Shown here: piece after piece, positions 1-11,962 of the stretch | Layout: every line of letters begins with the position of its first letter | Position numbering within the stretch: the stretch's first letter is position 1 | Assembly (NCBI GenBank): GCA_000004695.1 | Contig: CM000151.3 | Location: 3,136,001 to 3,200,000, forward strand | Origin: Dictyostelium discoideum | Taxonomy: Eukaryota | Length of the DNA: 64,000 nt | Direction of reading: 5' to 3' | Made by a program: the position numbers and the translations under genes | Notes under the pieces: model-generated | Database searches by the model: none | What the model saw: the letters and a program-made list of their open reading frames with translations, nothing else | What the model was told of the DNA's origin: nothing

Positions 1-712
1 TTCACTCCTCTCACTGGTAGTTGTCAACATATATGTAATGTTTGTAAGAAATTAATAAAACCAAATCTTCAACAATTTATTTTGGACTTTACTGTAAACA
101 TTGATTCAAATAATATCGAAGAGAATATTGCCAACACACTCTACTCTCAAAATAATTCAATTGAGCAATGTAAAAATTGTAATAAACAAGTTCAACGTAA
201 AACAGTTTTAATTAGCTCACCATCTCATCTTTTAGTTTCTGTAAATAGAATTAAAAATGGTGAACCAACTTTCAAACCTATCGATTTCCCAAAATTCATT
301 AAAATTGGTAATTCATTTGAAATTCAAAATGATGATGGTAGTGGTGGTGATGATTTAACCTATGTATTAGAATCTGTGCTAATGTCAAATGGAAATCATA
401 GTTCAATTCATATTAATTCCTCAGATGACAATGAAAATGCAAGCATTAGATGTTCAACCAATGATCCAGTATCATTCATTAACAGAAGTGAAAATTTAGA
501 GGTTGAAAAAAGAACTTCAATTTTATTCATTTACAAACAATCAACTCTAAAACAAGAAAAAGAAGATGAAGTTTTAGTTGAAAATCAAATGAATATTGAC
601 AATAATGATTTCTCAAATGAAGATGCTATTACTACCTCAACTACTACAACTACTACCACCACTACTACTTCTACTTCAGAAGATGAACAACAAAAACAAC
701 AACAACAACAGC

Positions 713-747
<35 letters not shown>

Positions 748-1068
748 AATGAAATTGATGAAACAATGGATGAGTCTCAAGAAACTGAACCTGAAAATAT
801 TAAAATTAAAATTGATCCAACAAACTCTGCCAAATTGACAAGAGTTGAGATTGTTGATAATCCTGAATTAAATGACAGTTTTTTATCTTGGTTTATTAAT
901 ATCCCACTTTCTCCTACTCAAAGAACTGCAATTGCCAAAGTATTTGAAGAAAATTCAATCTCAAATTTCGAAACTGCTTTTTCAATCACTGAATATGAAT
1001 GGAAAGATTTAATTAAAAAAGTAGGAGACAGGGCTCTTTTCTTGAGATATTTAGGTTATTTTGATTAA
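1..1068 (+). CDS. 3' part of a larger gene whose 5' end lies outside the window. C-terminal SAM-like domain protein; the upstream part weakly resembles a USP-type ubiquitin-hydrolase Cys/His-box region
   Basis: The reading frame is open from nt 1 with no stop until TAA at 1066-1068. The ORF track starts at TTG 82 only because the window begins mid-gene. The C-terminus 'LSWFINIPLSPTQRTAIAKVFEENSISNFETAFSITEYEWKDLIKKVGDRALFLRYLG' has SAM-domain hydrophobic spacing. There is an internal poly-T/poly-Q tract of (ACT)n(CAA)n. The USP resemblance is weak and rests on the 'CKNCNKQVQRKTVLISSPSHLLVSVNRI' region. Confidence 0.55.
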
Positions 1069-1090
1069 ATTATTTATAAATAATTTAATC

Positions 1091-1121
<31 letters not shown>

Positions 1122-2202
1122 ATAAATAAACTATTTAAATTAATAAAAAAAAAAAAATCCAAATATTAAGGTTTTAATCAGTATTCGAAATTATCTGTAT
1201 ATTAATAAAAAAAATTAAAAAATAAAAAAAAAATAAAAAAAAAAAATAAACGATTTTTCATACTTTATTAGTTAACCACTCTTTTTTTAATAATTATTAA
1301 TTTTGAATAATTTTTTTTAAAATGATTTATGGCTCACTTAATTTTTTTTTTTTTTTTTTTTATTTAATTATTTTAAAATAGGTAAAAAAAAAAAAATTTA
1401 ACAACTAAACTGAGAAATAAAAAAAATTATAATAATAATACCCCATCAAACTAGTATCTCTAATAGAAACTGATTAATTTTTTATTATTTTTTTTTTTTC
1501 TTTTTGGGTCAAAAAATGAAAAAACATTTTATAGAGGCCCACATAATTAGGTAAATTTAAAAAAATGATATGAGTAGATATTATCAACGACCTATAGATA
1601 TAGATAATTAAGAAAATTATTTTTAATTATAAAAAAAAATGGCTATTTTCTTTTTTATTGTTTTATGGAATTGGAAATCAAATTCCATGAGGTAGCAAGT
1701 TTAAATATTGATCTATCAGGAGTTTGAATCATTTGATAGTAAAACGTTAGACAATTGAATAGGTTTGATTGTTTATGATTTTCAAAGTATTTATATGATA
1801 CTTTTCTCATTTTATTTTAGTTTTTTAATTTTTTTTTTTTTTTTTTTAATCATTTTCTATCAATACATTAAAAAAAAAAAAAAAATAATATAAAAAAAAA
1901 AAATAAAAAAAATAAAAAAAAAAATGTCAATTTTATATTTGATCACTTTGAATAAAAAAAAATAAAAAAAATAAAAAAAAATAAAAAAAAATAAAAAAAA
2001 AAATAAAAAAAAATAAAAAAAAATAAAAAAAAATAAAATAAAATAGGGTAATCACATCATGTCATGGTTTCTATCGATTTGTTTTTAGTTAATAACGACG
2101 TTGCAAATAACAAACAAATTCTTTTAAACCAGTTAACGACTTTTTTTTTTTTTAATTTTATTTTTTTTTAATTTTTTTAATTTTTTTTTTTTAAAAAATA
2201 TT

Positions 2203-2250
2203 TAGGCCAGAGAAAAAAAAAAAAAAAATATTTAGGCCAGAGAAAAAAAA
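2203..2250. promoter_or_regulatory. Direct repeat of a 23-bp motif about 380 bp upstream of the 2626 gene
   Basis: 'aaaatatttaggccagagaaaaaaaa' occurs twice back-to-back (2203-2226 and 2228-2251). The GC-containing core 'TTTAGGCCAGAG' stands out in A/T-only flanks. Confidence 0.35.
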
Positions 2251-2427
2251 CTCACACCAGACCAAAAATTTTTAAAGACCAGTATAACAATTCTCGATAT
2301 CTTTTATTACCTGTATAATTATAATAATTATTTATATTTTTAGATATTTTAATTCGATTTAATAAAATTTATAGAATTTATAATATTTTATATAAAAATC
2401 TAAAATCTAAAAACAAAATAACCAAAT

Positions 2428-2482
<55 letters not shown>

Positions 2483-2625
2483 TCACACAAATAATCACAC
2501 AGATTTAGTAAACCAAATAAAAAATTAATATTCCAACATTTTTACCACAAATTAAATAAAAAATAAATAAAAAAATAAATTAATAAATAAATAAATAAAT
2601 AAATAAAAAAAAAAAAAAAAAAAAA

Positions 2626-3863
2626 ATGAAATTCATATATTCAATTTTCATAATAATTCAAATAATATTTTTCATAAATTTAATAAATGGTCAGATTGTT
2701 AGAGGACCAGATTTACAACTTGGGTACGTTGAAAATGGTACAATGCTCCTTGGTTCACCAAATGTCGTTAATATAGGAGATCAAAATTTTATGAATACAA
2801 AAGATTTATCAAATTCCTCATGGACAGACCACAGATACAATAGATATGATTGGTCATTCATTAGATTCCACATTAGAAATAATCAATCTGGTTTCGAAGC
2901 AACTGCTGATTTTCATCCAAGAGTCGACGAATTTTCAACTATTAAATTCAGTGGTAAGTATTGAAAAAAATAAAAAATTAATTTTAAAATTTTTTATAAT
3001 TTAATATATACTAATTTTATTTATTTGTTTTAAAATACATAAAGCAAATGGACTTATTCAATATTTAAATGAAACAAATAAAAATAGAAACGTTTTTAAA
3101 AATAGAGAAGTAGAAGGTTATACAGTTTGGGCAGAGATTCCATATTCTAAAAATGTAACATCTTTCACAAGTAGACTTGTTGATGTACCATGTCAAGAAA
3201 CTCTTACAAATGGTTCAGTCGTTGTTAGTACAGATAAAGCATGCCAAAACGTGACAGACATAACCACAGCAACCTACCAAAAAGTAGAAAATTATAATTC
3301 AACAGTTTTGGAACCAATCATTTTGCCACCAAAACATATCTTTGAATTTAGTACAAGAACATTTGTCAGCTATTTCACTATCATTTTCCAACTTGATAAT
3401 GGTGCCATTGTGGATGCAGTTTGGGATGGTGATAGAGATACTTCAATTTGTAAAAATTGTGATTCCTGTATCGATAATCAATGTGCAACCAAATTCGATG
3501 ATATGAGATGTGATGAAGGTGTAGGTTGTCAATTAAAATTCTTTTTAGCATGGGCTGGTGTTGATAAAAGTGGAAAAAATTGTGTTTCATTAAATAAGAT
3601 TCCAAGTAAATTCCAAGTAAGTTTTATTATTATTATTATAATTATTATTTTTTTTTGTATGGTAAAAAAAAAAAAAAAAAAAAACCTGGAACTAATAAAA
3701 TTAATTTTTCTTTATTATTACTATTATTATTATAGAAATACTCTGCTACTGCAATTAAGAATATGGGTACTGGTTTGGTTAGTGATTTCTTCTACAAAGT
3801 AATTATCATTTTCTTTTTTTTTTTTTTTTAAAAAACAATATCATCCAATTTACTAACATTTAA

Positions 3864-3953
<90 letters not shown>

Positions 3954-3991
3954 AGATCAATGATAATAACAACAACCCAAACACAGCTTAA
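2626..3991 (+). CDS. Secreted Cys-containing protein with four exons (paralog A of a two-member family in this window)
   Basis: Model: join(2626..2953, 3045..3616, 3736..3798, 3956..3991). Donors are GTAAGT at 2954, GTAAGT at 3617 and GTAATT at 3799; acceptors are (A/T)nAG. The N-terminal signal peptide is '[23 protein letters not shown]'. The spliced product aligns along its whole length with the single-exon ORF 21833..22897. Shared blocks include 'RYDWSF.RF', 'HPRVDEF.TIK', 'YTVWAE.P', '[10 protein letters not shown]', '[10 protein letters not shown]', 'FLAWAGVD', '[13 protein letters not shown]' and 'NPNT' at the end. Confidence 0.7.
3841..3950. repeat. (TTA)n microsatellite, about 110 bp, forming most of intron 3 of the 2626..3991 gene
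   Basis: A pure ATT/TTA trinucleotide run is visible between the GTAATT donor at 3799 and the acceptor 'TTACAG' at 3955. Confidence 0.9.
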
Positions 3992-4433
3992 ATTTATTTA
4001 TACTTTATATTTATTATGTCAAATTGACATTATTTTTATAAAAAAAAAAAATAAAAAAAAATAAATACATGTAATAATATCGATATTATTACATTATAGT
4101 TTTTCGTATACTCCAATTGAAATAGATTTTAAATAATTTTTATTTTATTTTATTTTATTTTTAAATAAATAATTTTTATATTTAAAAACTAAATATATTA
4201 CATTATTTTATTATTATTTATAAATAGTTTAAAATTTAATTAAATGATTATTATTATTATTATTTTTTTTTTTTTTTTATTGTTAATTAAATATTTATTA
4301 GATTTAGAATTAAGGTCCCTAGATTTATTAATTTACTTTATAATTTTTATTATAAATGGTGAAATATATTATATTACATTTTATTGAAACCTGTTAATCT
4401 TTTTTTTTTTTTTCTTTTTTTTTCTTCTTTTTT

Positions 4434-4991
4434 TTAACTTGAAAAAGAAGGCATTTGTTTTAAATATAAATTTAACTGATTAATGAAAGTATCACATTTT
4501 ACTGTTGTACCATGTTTATAGATTGGATTCTTTATAACATATTCTACAAAAATTTGACTGTATATCTTTTTTAAATCATCTCTAAGGTCAGGGACATTTG
4601 GGTCAGACATTATTATAAATTTAATACATGATAATGTTTCATAATAATGTAATTTATAAGTTGATGTTTTATAACAATGAAATCCTGTTTTATCGTCAAT
4701 TCTAAAAGGAAAAAAAAAAAAAAAAAGATTATTAGTCATTATAATTAATTTTTTTTATACCAGAATTTGTGGTATTTTTTTTTTTTTTATAAATGTAAAT
4801 ATAAATAGGAGTAAAAAAAAAAAAACATACTTTTTTGGTGATGATGAAGTAATAAATGCTTTTAAGGAATAAAGCATACCAAACAATAATTTTTGATCCT
4901 CTGATTGATTTTGAGACTGTTTTTTTTTATTCCAATCTTCATAATATATACATGTTCCGTCTTTATTAAATATATATATGTTGTATATCAT
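4434..4991 (-). CDS. trappc1: TRAPP complex subunit 1 (Bet5/TRAPPC1), two exons
   Basis: Model: complement(join(4434..4701, 4831..4991)). Exon 1 reads 'MIYNIYIFNKDGTCIYYEDWNKKKQ...LLFGMLYSLKAFITSSSPK' with donor GTATGT (reverse complement of ACATAC at 4825-4830). Exon 2 reads '...TGFHCYKTSTYKLHYYETLSCIKFIIMSDPNVPDLRDDLKKIYSQIFVEYVIKNPIY...'. This matches the Bet5 family, cf. human TRAPPC1 'MTVHNLYLFDRNGVCLHY...FQTSRYKLHYYETPTGIKVV...VELVVKNPL'. Total 142 codons. Confidence 0.85.
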
Positions 4992-5017
4992 TTTGTTTGA
5001 AATTTGGTAGTTTTTTG

Positions 5018-5065
<48 letters not shown>

Positions 5066-6192
5066 AAAAAAAAAAAAAAATTAAAAAAAATTGAAATAAA
5101 AAAAAAAAAAAAAAATAAAATTAAAAAAAATAAAAAAATTAAATTGAATTCAGATCTGAACATTACCATTATTGACAGACCCGCTGTTAATTTTTATAGG
5201 TAATTATTTAACTTTTTTTTTTTTTTTTATTCACTTTAATCATTTTTCTTTGTTATTTGATTGACTAAATCATATTTTTTTTTTTTTTTTAATCGATCAA
5301 ACCTCAACAACCAGTCAACAGGAAATGGATGGACCAATCCATTTCAACCATATCAAGCATTATATAATCACTGCAACAATTTCAATGGGTTTTAAAAAGG
5401 TAATTTTTTTTTTTTTTTTTTTTTTTAATAATTGTATAATAATTAAATTTTAATGTTTTTAAATTTATTATTAAAGTGAAGTAGAAAGAATTAATTCTGA
5501 AAAGGAAAAAAAAAAAAAAAAAAATCAAATCTAGATTAAAAGGAGAAATTCAAAGATATATTTTAGAAACTCAAATATTCATTTTTTTTCCATTTTTAAC
5601 AGATACAAAACAAAATAATAGTAGAGGTTTAATTAAACCTAAAATTCAGAATAAAATTCAGGTTCAATTATACACCTATAGTTATTTTGTTTTGGATCTG
5701 TTAAAATTGGATAAAAAATGATTTTTTTTAGTTTGTAAAATATATTTTGATATTGACTCGGACAAATTTGTCATTTTGGTATCTTTTTTTTCTTTTTTTT
5801 TTTTTTGATTTTCAAAAATAAAAAAAATAAAATAATCAATATTGATTTATTATAATAAATAATGAAAAAAAAAAGAATTAATTCTATTTTTAACCCCTTT
5901 TTTTTTTATCATTTTTTTTTATTTGTTATTAATTTATGATTTTTTTTATTTTTTTTTAATTGTTTTTCTAAACAAATTTTTTTTATAAATTGTTTCCCAT
6001 TTTGAGTGCACTACAAAAAAAAAAAAAACTTGATTGTTCATCTTTGAGGTTTTACAAAAAATAGTTAATACTAGTTTTGCTTGTAAACGATAAAAATCAT
6101 CACGGGAGACATTTTTTCCCACATATAATAAGATAAAGTAACAACTGACAAATAAAATAACACCCAGTTTTTAGATTTAAATTTAATCTTTA

Positions 6193-6225
<33 letters not shown>

Positions 6226-7611
6226 AATTATAAAAATAGAAAAAAGATATGGTTGGGTTATTTAAAATAATAAAAAAAAAAAAAAAAAAAAAAAACCTGA
6301 AATATTCGTATTAATGGAAAACTTTGAAGGTGGAACAAAGGTTATTTTAAACAAGTATTTTCATTAAAGATTATAGGAAAAAAATAAATTAAATAGTTTT
6401 ATTTTTTTATTTGATTTATTATCTCATCAATGCTTGTTGCTGTAGTTGATAAAATATTGATGAAATAAATTAATGAAATTCTATGTCACCCCCTAAAAAA
6501 AATAAAAAAAAACAACAAAAAAAACCTTTGTATGTCCAATAAATCCAATTTATTTTTTATAAATAATTAATTAATTATTTAAGAAGTATAAAAATTTTAA
6601 GGAGATTTTTTATTTTTATTTTTTATTTTTATTTTTTATTTTATTTTATTTATTAAAAGGAAAAAAAACATTAATAATTATAAAACCAAGGAAAAATATT
6701 GTTTTAATTAAAACAAAGATTTTAAAGTTTTAAATTATTTACATTTTTGATTTTTGAAAAAAAAAAAAAAAAAAACAAGGAACTTTTATCATTATATATA
6801 ATCATTATATATAATTATTTTTATTATTATTATTATTTTAACTATTTTATGTTAATGATTAGAGTGATTTATAAATTATTTTTACTTGTTTAACTGCTAT
6901 GGAAATTGTATGACTGTTGATGATAATAGTTTTTAAAAAAATTATAATTTTATTATTATAAATAATATTTATAAAAATAAAAATAAAAATAAAGTTACAC
7001 TAAACAACAACAAAGGAGTAAAGAGCTACAAACTAAAAAAACTATACCATTATCACTTAAAATATCTGCCCAAAAGCAAGTATTAAAGTAAACCTTCTAG
7101 AACAATAGAAAATATAATAAAAGATTCACCCTATTGAAACCTTAAATGATTAACAAAAATTAGAATATAAACAAAAAGGTCATACCAAGGGAAACATCAT
7201 TTTGTTTATCAAAATACATAATTAATTATTTTAATACAAAATTATTATTATTATTATTTACAAATAAAATTACCTAGTTAATATTTTTAAAAATTTAAAA
7301 AAAATAAAAAATTTTATAAAGTAAAAAAGTAAAAATAAAAAGTAAAATTAAAAATTAAAAAGGGGGTAACATAATAAATAAACTACAAAAAATAAAAATT
7401 TTAAAATCATTAATAATCATTATTATTATTATAAATAATGAGGCAAACAGTTAAATTTAAAAAAAAAGAAAAAATGAATAAAAAAAAAAAAAAAATACAA
7501 ATGGACCGATAACTTTTTTTTACTTTTATTTTTTTAAAAATAAAAAAGTCATCTCCATACTAATAATATTTATTTGGTTATTTTTTTGGTTTTTAGGAAA
7601 AAAAAAAAAAA

Positions 7612-7711
7612 NNNNNNNNNNNNNNNNNNNNNNNNNNNNNNNNNNNNNNNNNNNNNNNNNNNNNNNNNNNNNNNNNNNNNNNNNNNNNNNNNNNNNNNNN
7701 NNNNNNNNNNN
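7612..7711. other. Assembly gap of 100 N
   Basis: A run of exactly 100 'n' characters. Confidence 1.
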
Positions 7712-8102
7712 TAAAATTAAAATAATAAAATATTAAAAATAAAAAAATTAGTGTGAATGAAACATTGACAATTTGGAAAATGAATAAATAAAAAAAAATA
7801 AAAAAAAAAAAAATAAAAAACAAAAAAAAAAATAATAAAAACAAATAGTAATAATAATAATAATATTGATACTAAAAAAATAAAATAAAATAAAATAAAA
7901 TAATCTAATAGACATATTTTTTATTATAAAAAAAAAATAATAAATAATCAAAAAGTAAGTATATTAAAATTTTTATATATACCCATACTTGAATCTTTTA
8001 GATAATGATTTATTTCATATGTGATGATGATTAAAGTAGAATTTAGGGTAGCTTTTTTTCTTTAAATTCATTTTAATGAAAAAACAAATATATTTTTAAT
8101 TT

Positions 8103-8139
<37 letters not shown>

Positions 8140-8361
8140 CTTTAATTTTATCACTATAAAAACAAAGTTTTTTTTTTTATTTTTTTATTTAATAATTATA
8201 AATTTAAAATTAACAGTAAAATTAAAAAAATAATAGTATACTATAAAAAATGGTATGGATAATGTGGTATTATTTATAATAACGTTTTAAAATATTAATT
8301 ATTTTCATTTATTTTTTTTTTTTTTTATTTTCTCAACAAAATTTTATAATTGTAGAACAAA

Positions 8362-8553
8362 ATGAATATCTTGATTGTAATTATTATTATTATAATAACA
8401 ATAAGTTTTTCCCTTGGTAATGTGAATGAATGTTATGCAAATTGCTTCAAAAAGAATACTAGATACTGTGGAAAGGATCAATTTCTTTGTGATGTAGTTG
8501 TTGGTAAATGCCAAGAAAGTTGTAATATTGAATTTGGTATTGAACAAAAATAA
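8362..8553 (+). CDS. Small secreted six-cysteine peptide of 63 aa, single exon
   Basis: ATG in A-rich context. The signal-like N-terminus is '[19 protein letters not shown]'. The mature part is 'NVNECYANCFKKNTRYCGKDQFLCDVVVGKCQESCNIEFGIEQK', with spacing C-x3-C-x7-C-x6-C-x6-C-x3-C. There is a tandem paralog at 9108..9400. Confidence 0.6.
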   Translation: MNILIVIIIIIITISFSLGNVNECYANCFKKNTRYCGKDQFLCDVVVGKCQESCNIEFGIEQK

Positions 8554-8729
8554 ATAAATTTTAAAAATAATAATAATATCAATTATAATAATTATAATAA
8601 TAAATGAAAATTTTAAAACATATCAATGAATTAAAAATAAATATAAATTTAAAAAAATAATAATTAAATTTTTTATGTAATAATATGTTTTTTTTTTTTT
8701 TTAATCAAATTTAAAAATAAATAAAAAAG

Positions 8730-8765
<36 letters not shown>

Positions 8766-9107
8766 AAAAAGAAATAATTATTTTTTTTTTTTTTTTGTTG
8801 GGGGTAATTATGTATATAATTTCAAAAAATGGTAATAATTAATAAGATCTCCTTTTTTGTGGGTGTTTTTGGTATAAATATTAATGAAATTATATGAAAA
8901 AAACTTTATTAATACCACCCATTAATTACTATTATTTTTTTTTTTTTTTTTGTTTTTTAATATTTTTTTTTTTTTTTTTTTATTTTAAAATAAAAACAAA
9001 AATTTAAAAAAAGATTTTTAAATTTGACAAGGGTTTTAACTTTTTTTTTTTTTTTTTTTTTTTTAATTTATAAAATCTAATTATTGAAACAAAATAAAAA
9101 TAGAATA

Positions 9108-9400
9108 ATGGTAAAATAAAATTTTTTTTAACAATTTTTTTATTTATTTATACATATTTTTTATTAACAATAAAATATTTTTTTTTTAAAAAACAAATTT
9201 TAATCTTTTAGAAATTAACTCTCTTTTTTTGTATTTTTTTAGTGGTTTATTTAATGATAATATCATCAAATGGAATAAATGGTGATTGTTATAGTGATTG
9301 TGTTGATGATAATAGAGAATTTTGTAAAACTGAATGGTCAAAATGCGTTGTACTAATGCAAAAATGTAGAGATAATTGTGATGTACAATTAGAAAATTAG
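9108..9400 (+). CDS. Paralogous small secreted six-cysteine peptide of 63 aa; exon 1 is the ATG only
   Basis: Model: join(9108..9110, 9212..9400). The ATG at 9108 is immediately followed by the donor GTAAAA. The 101-nt AT-rich intron ends at 'TCTTTTAG' (9204-9211). Exon 2 encodes 'KLTLFFCIFLVVYLMIISSNGINGDCYSDCVDDNREFCKTEWSKCVVLMQKCRDNCDVQLEN*'. The cysteine spacing is identical to 8362..8553 (C-x3-C-x7-C-x6-C-x6-C-x3-C). An in-frame TAG directly upstream of exon 2 rules out a single-exon reading that includes the signal peptide. Confidence 0.5.
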
Positions 9401-9927
9401 TAATAATAAAAAAAAAAAATAAAAAATAAAAATTTAAAATAAAAAATAAAAAAAAATAATAATGAAACATAAAATATTTATAACAAACATAATAAATATT
9501 TAAAAATTTTTAAAAAAAAAAATTTATTGTTATTTTACATTAAATAAAAATAAATTAATAAATTTTTTAAAAATATTAAAGATTTTAAAAATTATTATTA
9601 TTTAATCTTTTTTTTTTATAATATCTCCAAACAATTTACTTGTTTTTTTTTTTTTAAATTAAATGATACCTCAATTATTTACTCATTTGTTTGATATATT
9701 AAAATTGAAAAGAGTGTTAATTAAAAAAAAAATTTCCATTTTTATATAAAATGGAAAAGTATTAATGTTTAATATATTCTTTTCATCTTTTAATTTTAAA
9801 ACAAATAGAAACTATTTTTTTTTTTTTTTTTTTTTTTTTCCTAAAAAGAATAAATAAATAAATTATAACAAGCTTAATAATAATAATAAAATTTAAAAAA
9901 AGAGTGAAAATTAAAATAATTATTTAT

Positions 9928-11088
9928 TTATTTATTAAAAAAAGAAGGTGTAACTATATTAATATTATTACAATTTGAACAAGATAATTGAATTTCATGA
10001 TTTGAAGTTAATGTATTTAAAATTGGTATCATTGGTTTTGAATAATATAAACCTGTACATTTCTTTTGAGAACAATAAAACTTTGAAATCCAATTATCCA
10101 TTGAATCAATTGAATTTGAATCACCATTACATCTTGGACAAATACAATCAAAGTAATAACCATACTTTAATTCATCTTTTCTATCTTGTATTGGTTGATC
10201 TAATTCAATATAAGATATTGTCAATTGGTCACCCTTTTTAATTGGATATAATGATTTAAATGTCATATTACTACCATCTCTAACATCTGTACAATTTGGT
10301 ATACAAGAATGATTAAAATAACTACTACTTGGTGATACTGCAACACCAATACACTTATCATTCTTTGTCCAAATTCCAAATTGATTACATCTAGTTTTAT
10401 GTATAATTGATCTACTTTTTTCATTAATTTTCCTAATCATTTCAATTTTATCATCATTATTAATTATTGATTTTGTTGTTGTTGACCCTAATAATACTAA
10501 ATTAAACAATTCACTTATAAATTCAACGATTGAATCAATTCTTTCTTTTGCTGCTGGATTTGATTCTTCTGTAACTTGATTTTCTACTAAATCAAAAACA
10601 TCATCTAATGTATTTGTTAATTGTTCATTATCATTATTATTATTATTGTTGTTATTTAATTGTTGTTCAATAAATTTATTATTTAATAAAATATCTTGAT
10701 AATATCTTGATAACAAACCAACGATCATTCTAATTTCTGTAAATGTTTCAATATCAAAATTTGGATAAACTTTTAATTTTGGTGATTTTAATTTTTTATA
10801 AAATTTACATTCATAATGTTGATGTTTATTAATATTTTCATTTTTACATTGTTCATTACAATACCAAATTTCATTACATTGATTACATTTTAATGATAAT
10901 TTAATAACTGATGGTAATTGTTTAATACAATTAAAACATGATGTTGTTTTTAAAGTTTCTGATGTAACTGCAAAATATGATTTACATTTTAATAAATCTT
11001 CTCCAATTTGAATATCACGAGTTGCTATTAAATAACGACCTTCATTCTCTGAACTTTTTAATTCTAATCCATTAAAAGATTTAAACAT
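9928..11088 (-). CDS. SET and MYND domain-containing (SMYD-type) lysine methyltransferase, copy 1
   Basis: Single 386-aa ORF. The MYND zinc finger is 'CFNCIKQ...CNQCNEIWYCNEQCKNENINKHQHYECKF'. The SET domain shows the 'NHSCIPNC' motif and 'FKSLYPIKKGDQLTISY'; the post-SET region is 'CICPRCN'. The gene is 57% AT-rich but structured (not low-complexity) outside a short poly-N tract. Confidence 0.85.
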   Translation of the reverse strand: MFKSFNGLELKSSENEGRYLIATRDIQIGEDLLKCKSYFAVTSETLKTTSCFNCIKQLPSVIKLSLKCNQCNEIWYCNEQCKNENINKHQHYECKFYKKLKSPKLKVYPNFDIETFTEIRMIVGLLSRYYQDILLNNKFIEQQLNNNNNNNNDNEQLTNTLDDVFDLVENQVTEESNPAAKERIDSIVEFISELFNLVLLGSTTTKSIINNDDKIEMIRKINEKSRSIIHKTRCNQFGIWTKNDKCIGVAVSPSSSYFNHSCIPNCTDVRDGSNMTFKSLYPIKKGDQLTISYIELDQPIQDRKDELKYGYYFDCICPRCNGDSNSIDSMDNWISKFYCSQKKCTGLYYSKPMIPILNTLTSNHEIQLSCSNCNNINIVTPSFFNK

Positions 11089-11333
11089 TTAATAATTAAT
11101 TTATTAATTTTTTAATTTTTTTTTTTTTCGATCAGTAAAAACCACAAAACTGTGTTTTAGAAAAAAAAAAATAAAAATAAAAAAAAATAAAAATAAAAAA
11201 AAATAAAAATAAAAAAAAAAAAAAAATGTGAAAATAAAAATAAAAATGTGAAAAAAAAAGTGGCATGAAATCGGGATTTAAATTTTATGTGAGAAAATAT
11301 GTTTTTTTATTTTTTATTTTTTTTTTTTTTTAT

Positions 11334-11872
11334 TTAATAATTTGGTTTATTTAAATAAAAATTTGAATTAACAATTAATTGATCATTACAAGTTGAACAT
11401 GATAATTGAATTTCATGATTATCAATGTTGGTTAATGATTGTAGTGATAATTTTAATTTTGAATAATATAAACCTGTACATTTCTTTTGATGGCAATAAA
11501 ATTTTGAAATCCAATTATCTAATGAATCCTCTAATTTACCAGTTGGATCAATATCTGTTGAATTACATCTTGGACATTGACAATGAAAGTAGTAACCAAA
11601 TTTCAAATAATCTCTACGTCTTTTAGTTGATTTATCTAATGCCAAATAAGAGATATTAATTTGGTCACCTTTTTTAATTGGAAATAATGATTTAAATGTC
11701 ATATCACTACCATCTCTAACCGATTCACAATTTGGTATACATGAATGATTAAAATAACTACTACTTGGTGATACTGCCATACCAATACATTTATCATTCT
11801 TTGTCCAAATTCCAAATTGATTACATCTAACTTTTTGAATTAATGGTCTAATTAATTTAATTAATTCTTCAA

Positions 11873-11962
<90 letters not shown>

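Noticed and set aside
596-838. 80-aa ORF in an alternative frame inside the first gene, encoding poly-L/N ('LLLPQLLQLLPPLLLLLQKMNNKNNNNN')
   Set aside because: It is a translation of the (ACT)n(CAA)n repeat in a non-coding frame of a real CDS. It is low-complexity only.
4997-5203. Poly-K ORF ('[13 protein letters not shown]...') and its antisense poly-F ORF (4966-5169)
   Set aside because: These are translations of a 150-bp poly-A tract in intergenic DNA.
5322-5399. 25-codon exon-like ORF 'MDGPIHFNHIKHYIITATISMGFKK' ending at GTAATT
   Set aside because: No phase-compatible downstream exon could be found, so it is not reported as a feature.
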